DNA from: Cetorhinus maximus
Taxonomy: Eukaryota
Length of the DNA: 64,000 bases
Assembly (NCBI RefSeq): GCF_964194155.1
Contig: NC_135888.1
Location: forward strand, 17,484,001-17,548,000
Reading direction: 5' to 3'
Shown: piece by piece, positions 63,891 to 64,000 of the stretch
Position numbering within the stretch: the first letter of the stretch is position 1
How the letters are laid out: each line of letters opens with the position of its first letter
The notes under the pieces: generated by a model
Database searches by the model: none
The model's input: only the letters and a program-made list of their open reading frames with translations
Told to the model about the DNA's origin: nothing
Translations under genes and position numbers: made by a program

Positions 63891-64000
63891 TGAGATTCAG
63901 CTACAGTCAGATCAGCCATGATATTGAATGGCGGAGTTGGCTCGATGTCAACACAGTTTTATTGAGTGAAGGGAAAGTAGACTACATTTTCAGTCAGAAG

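Overview
Vertebrate, repeat-rich genomic DNA. The repeat content (CR1/HER1-type LINEs, Deu-domain SINEs, Penelope pseudo-LTRs, Harbinger MITEs) points to a cartilaginous fish (shark). It is not prokaryotic, and most short ORFs in the track are noise. Two protein-coding genes can be read, both on the + strand. (1) B3GALT9 (GT31 galactosyltransferase), join(3394..3399,5320..6426), 370 aa. It lies downstream of a CpG-rich, probably bidirectional promoter containing six tandem ~91-bp CCAAT+GC-box units. (2) A multi-exon ERICH3-like/DUF4590 gene largely invisible to the ORF track: 11 phase-compatible exons from 15903 to 58717, 983 codons, 3' end not resolved. It looks like a divergent paralog rather than ERICH3 itself. 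The introns hold a decayed Harbinger transposase with its MITEs, a CR1 5' half headed by a ~1.3-kb array of ~30-bp monomers, several fold-back Penelope insertions with long target-site duplications and minimal hammerhead-ribozyme cores, and a perfect 62-bp palindrome. There is a 324-N gap at 47588-47911. Family names come from recalled consensus sequences, not database searches. I see no clearly new biological system; the best candidates for novelty are the ERICH3 paralog, the tandem promoter module and the Penelope hammerhead/hairpin cassettes.
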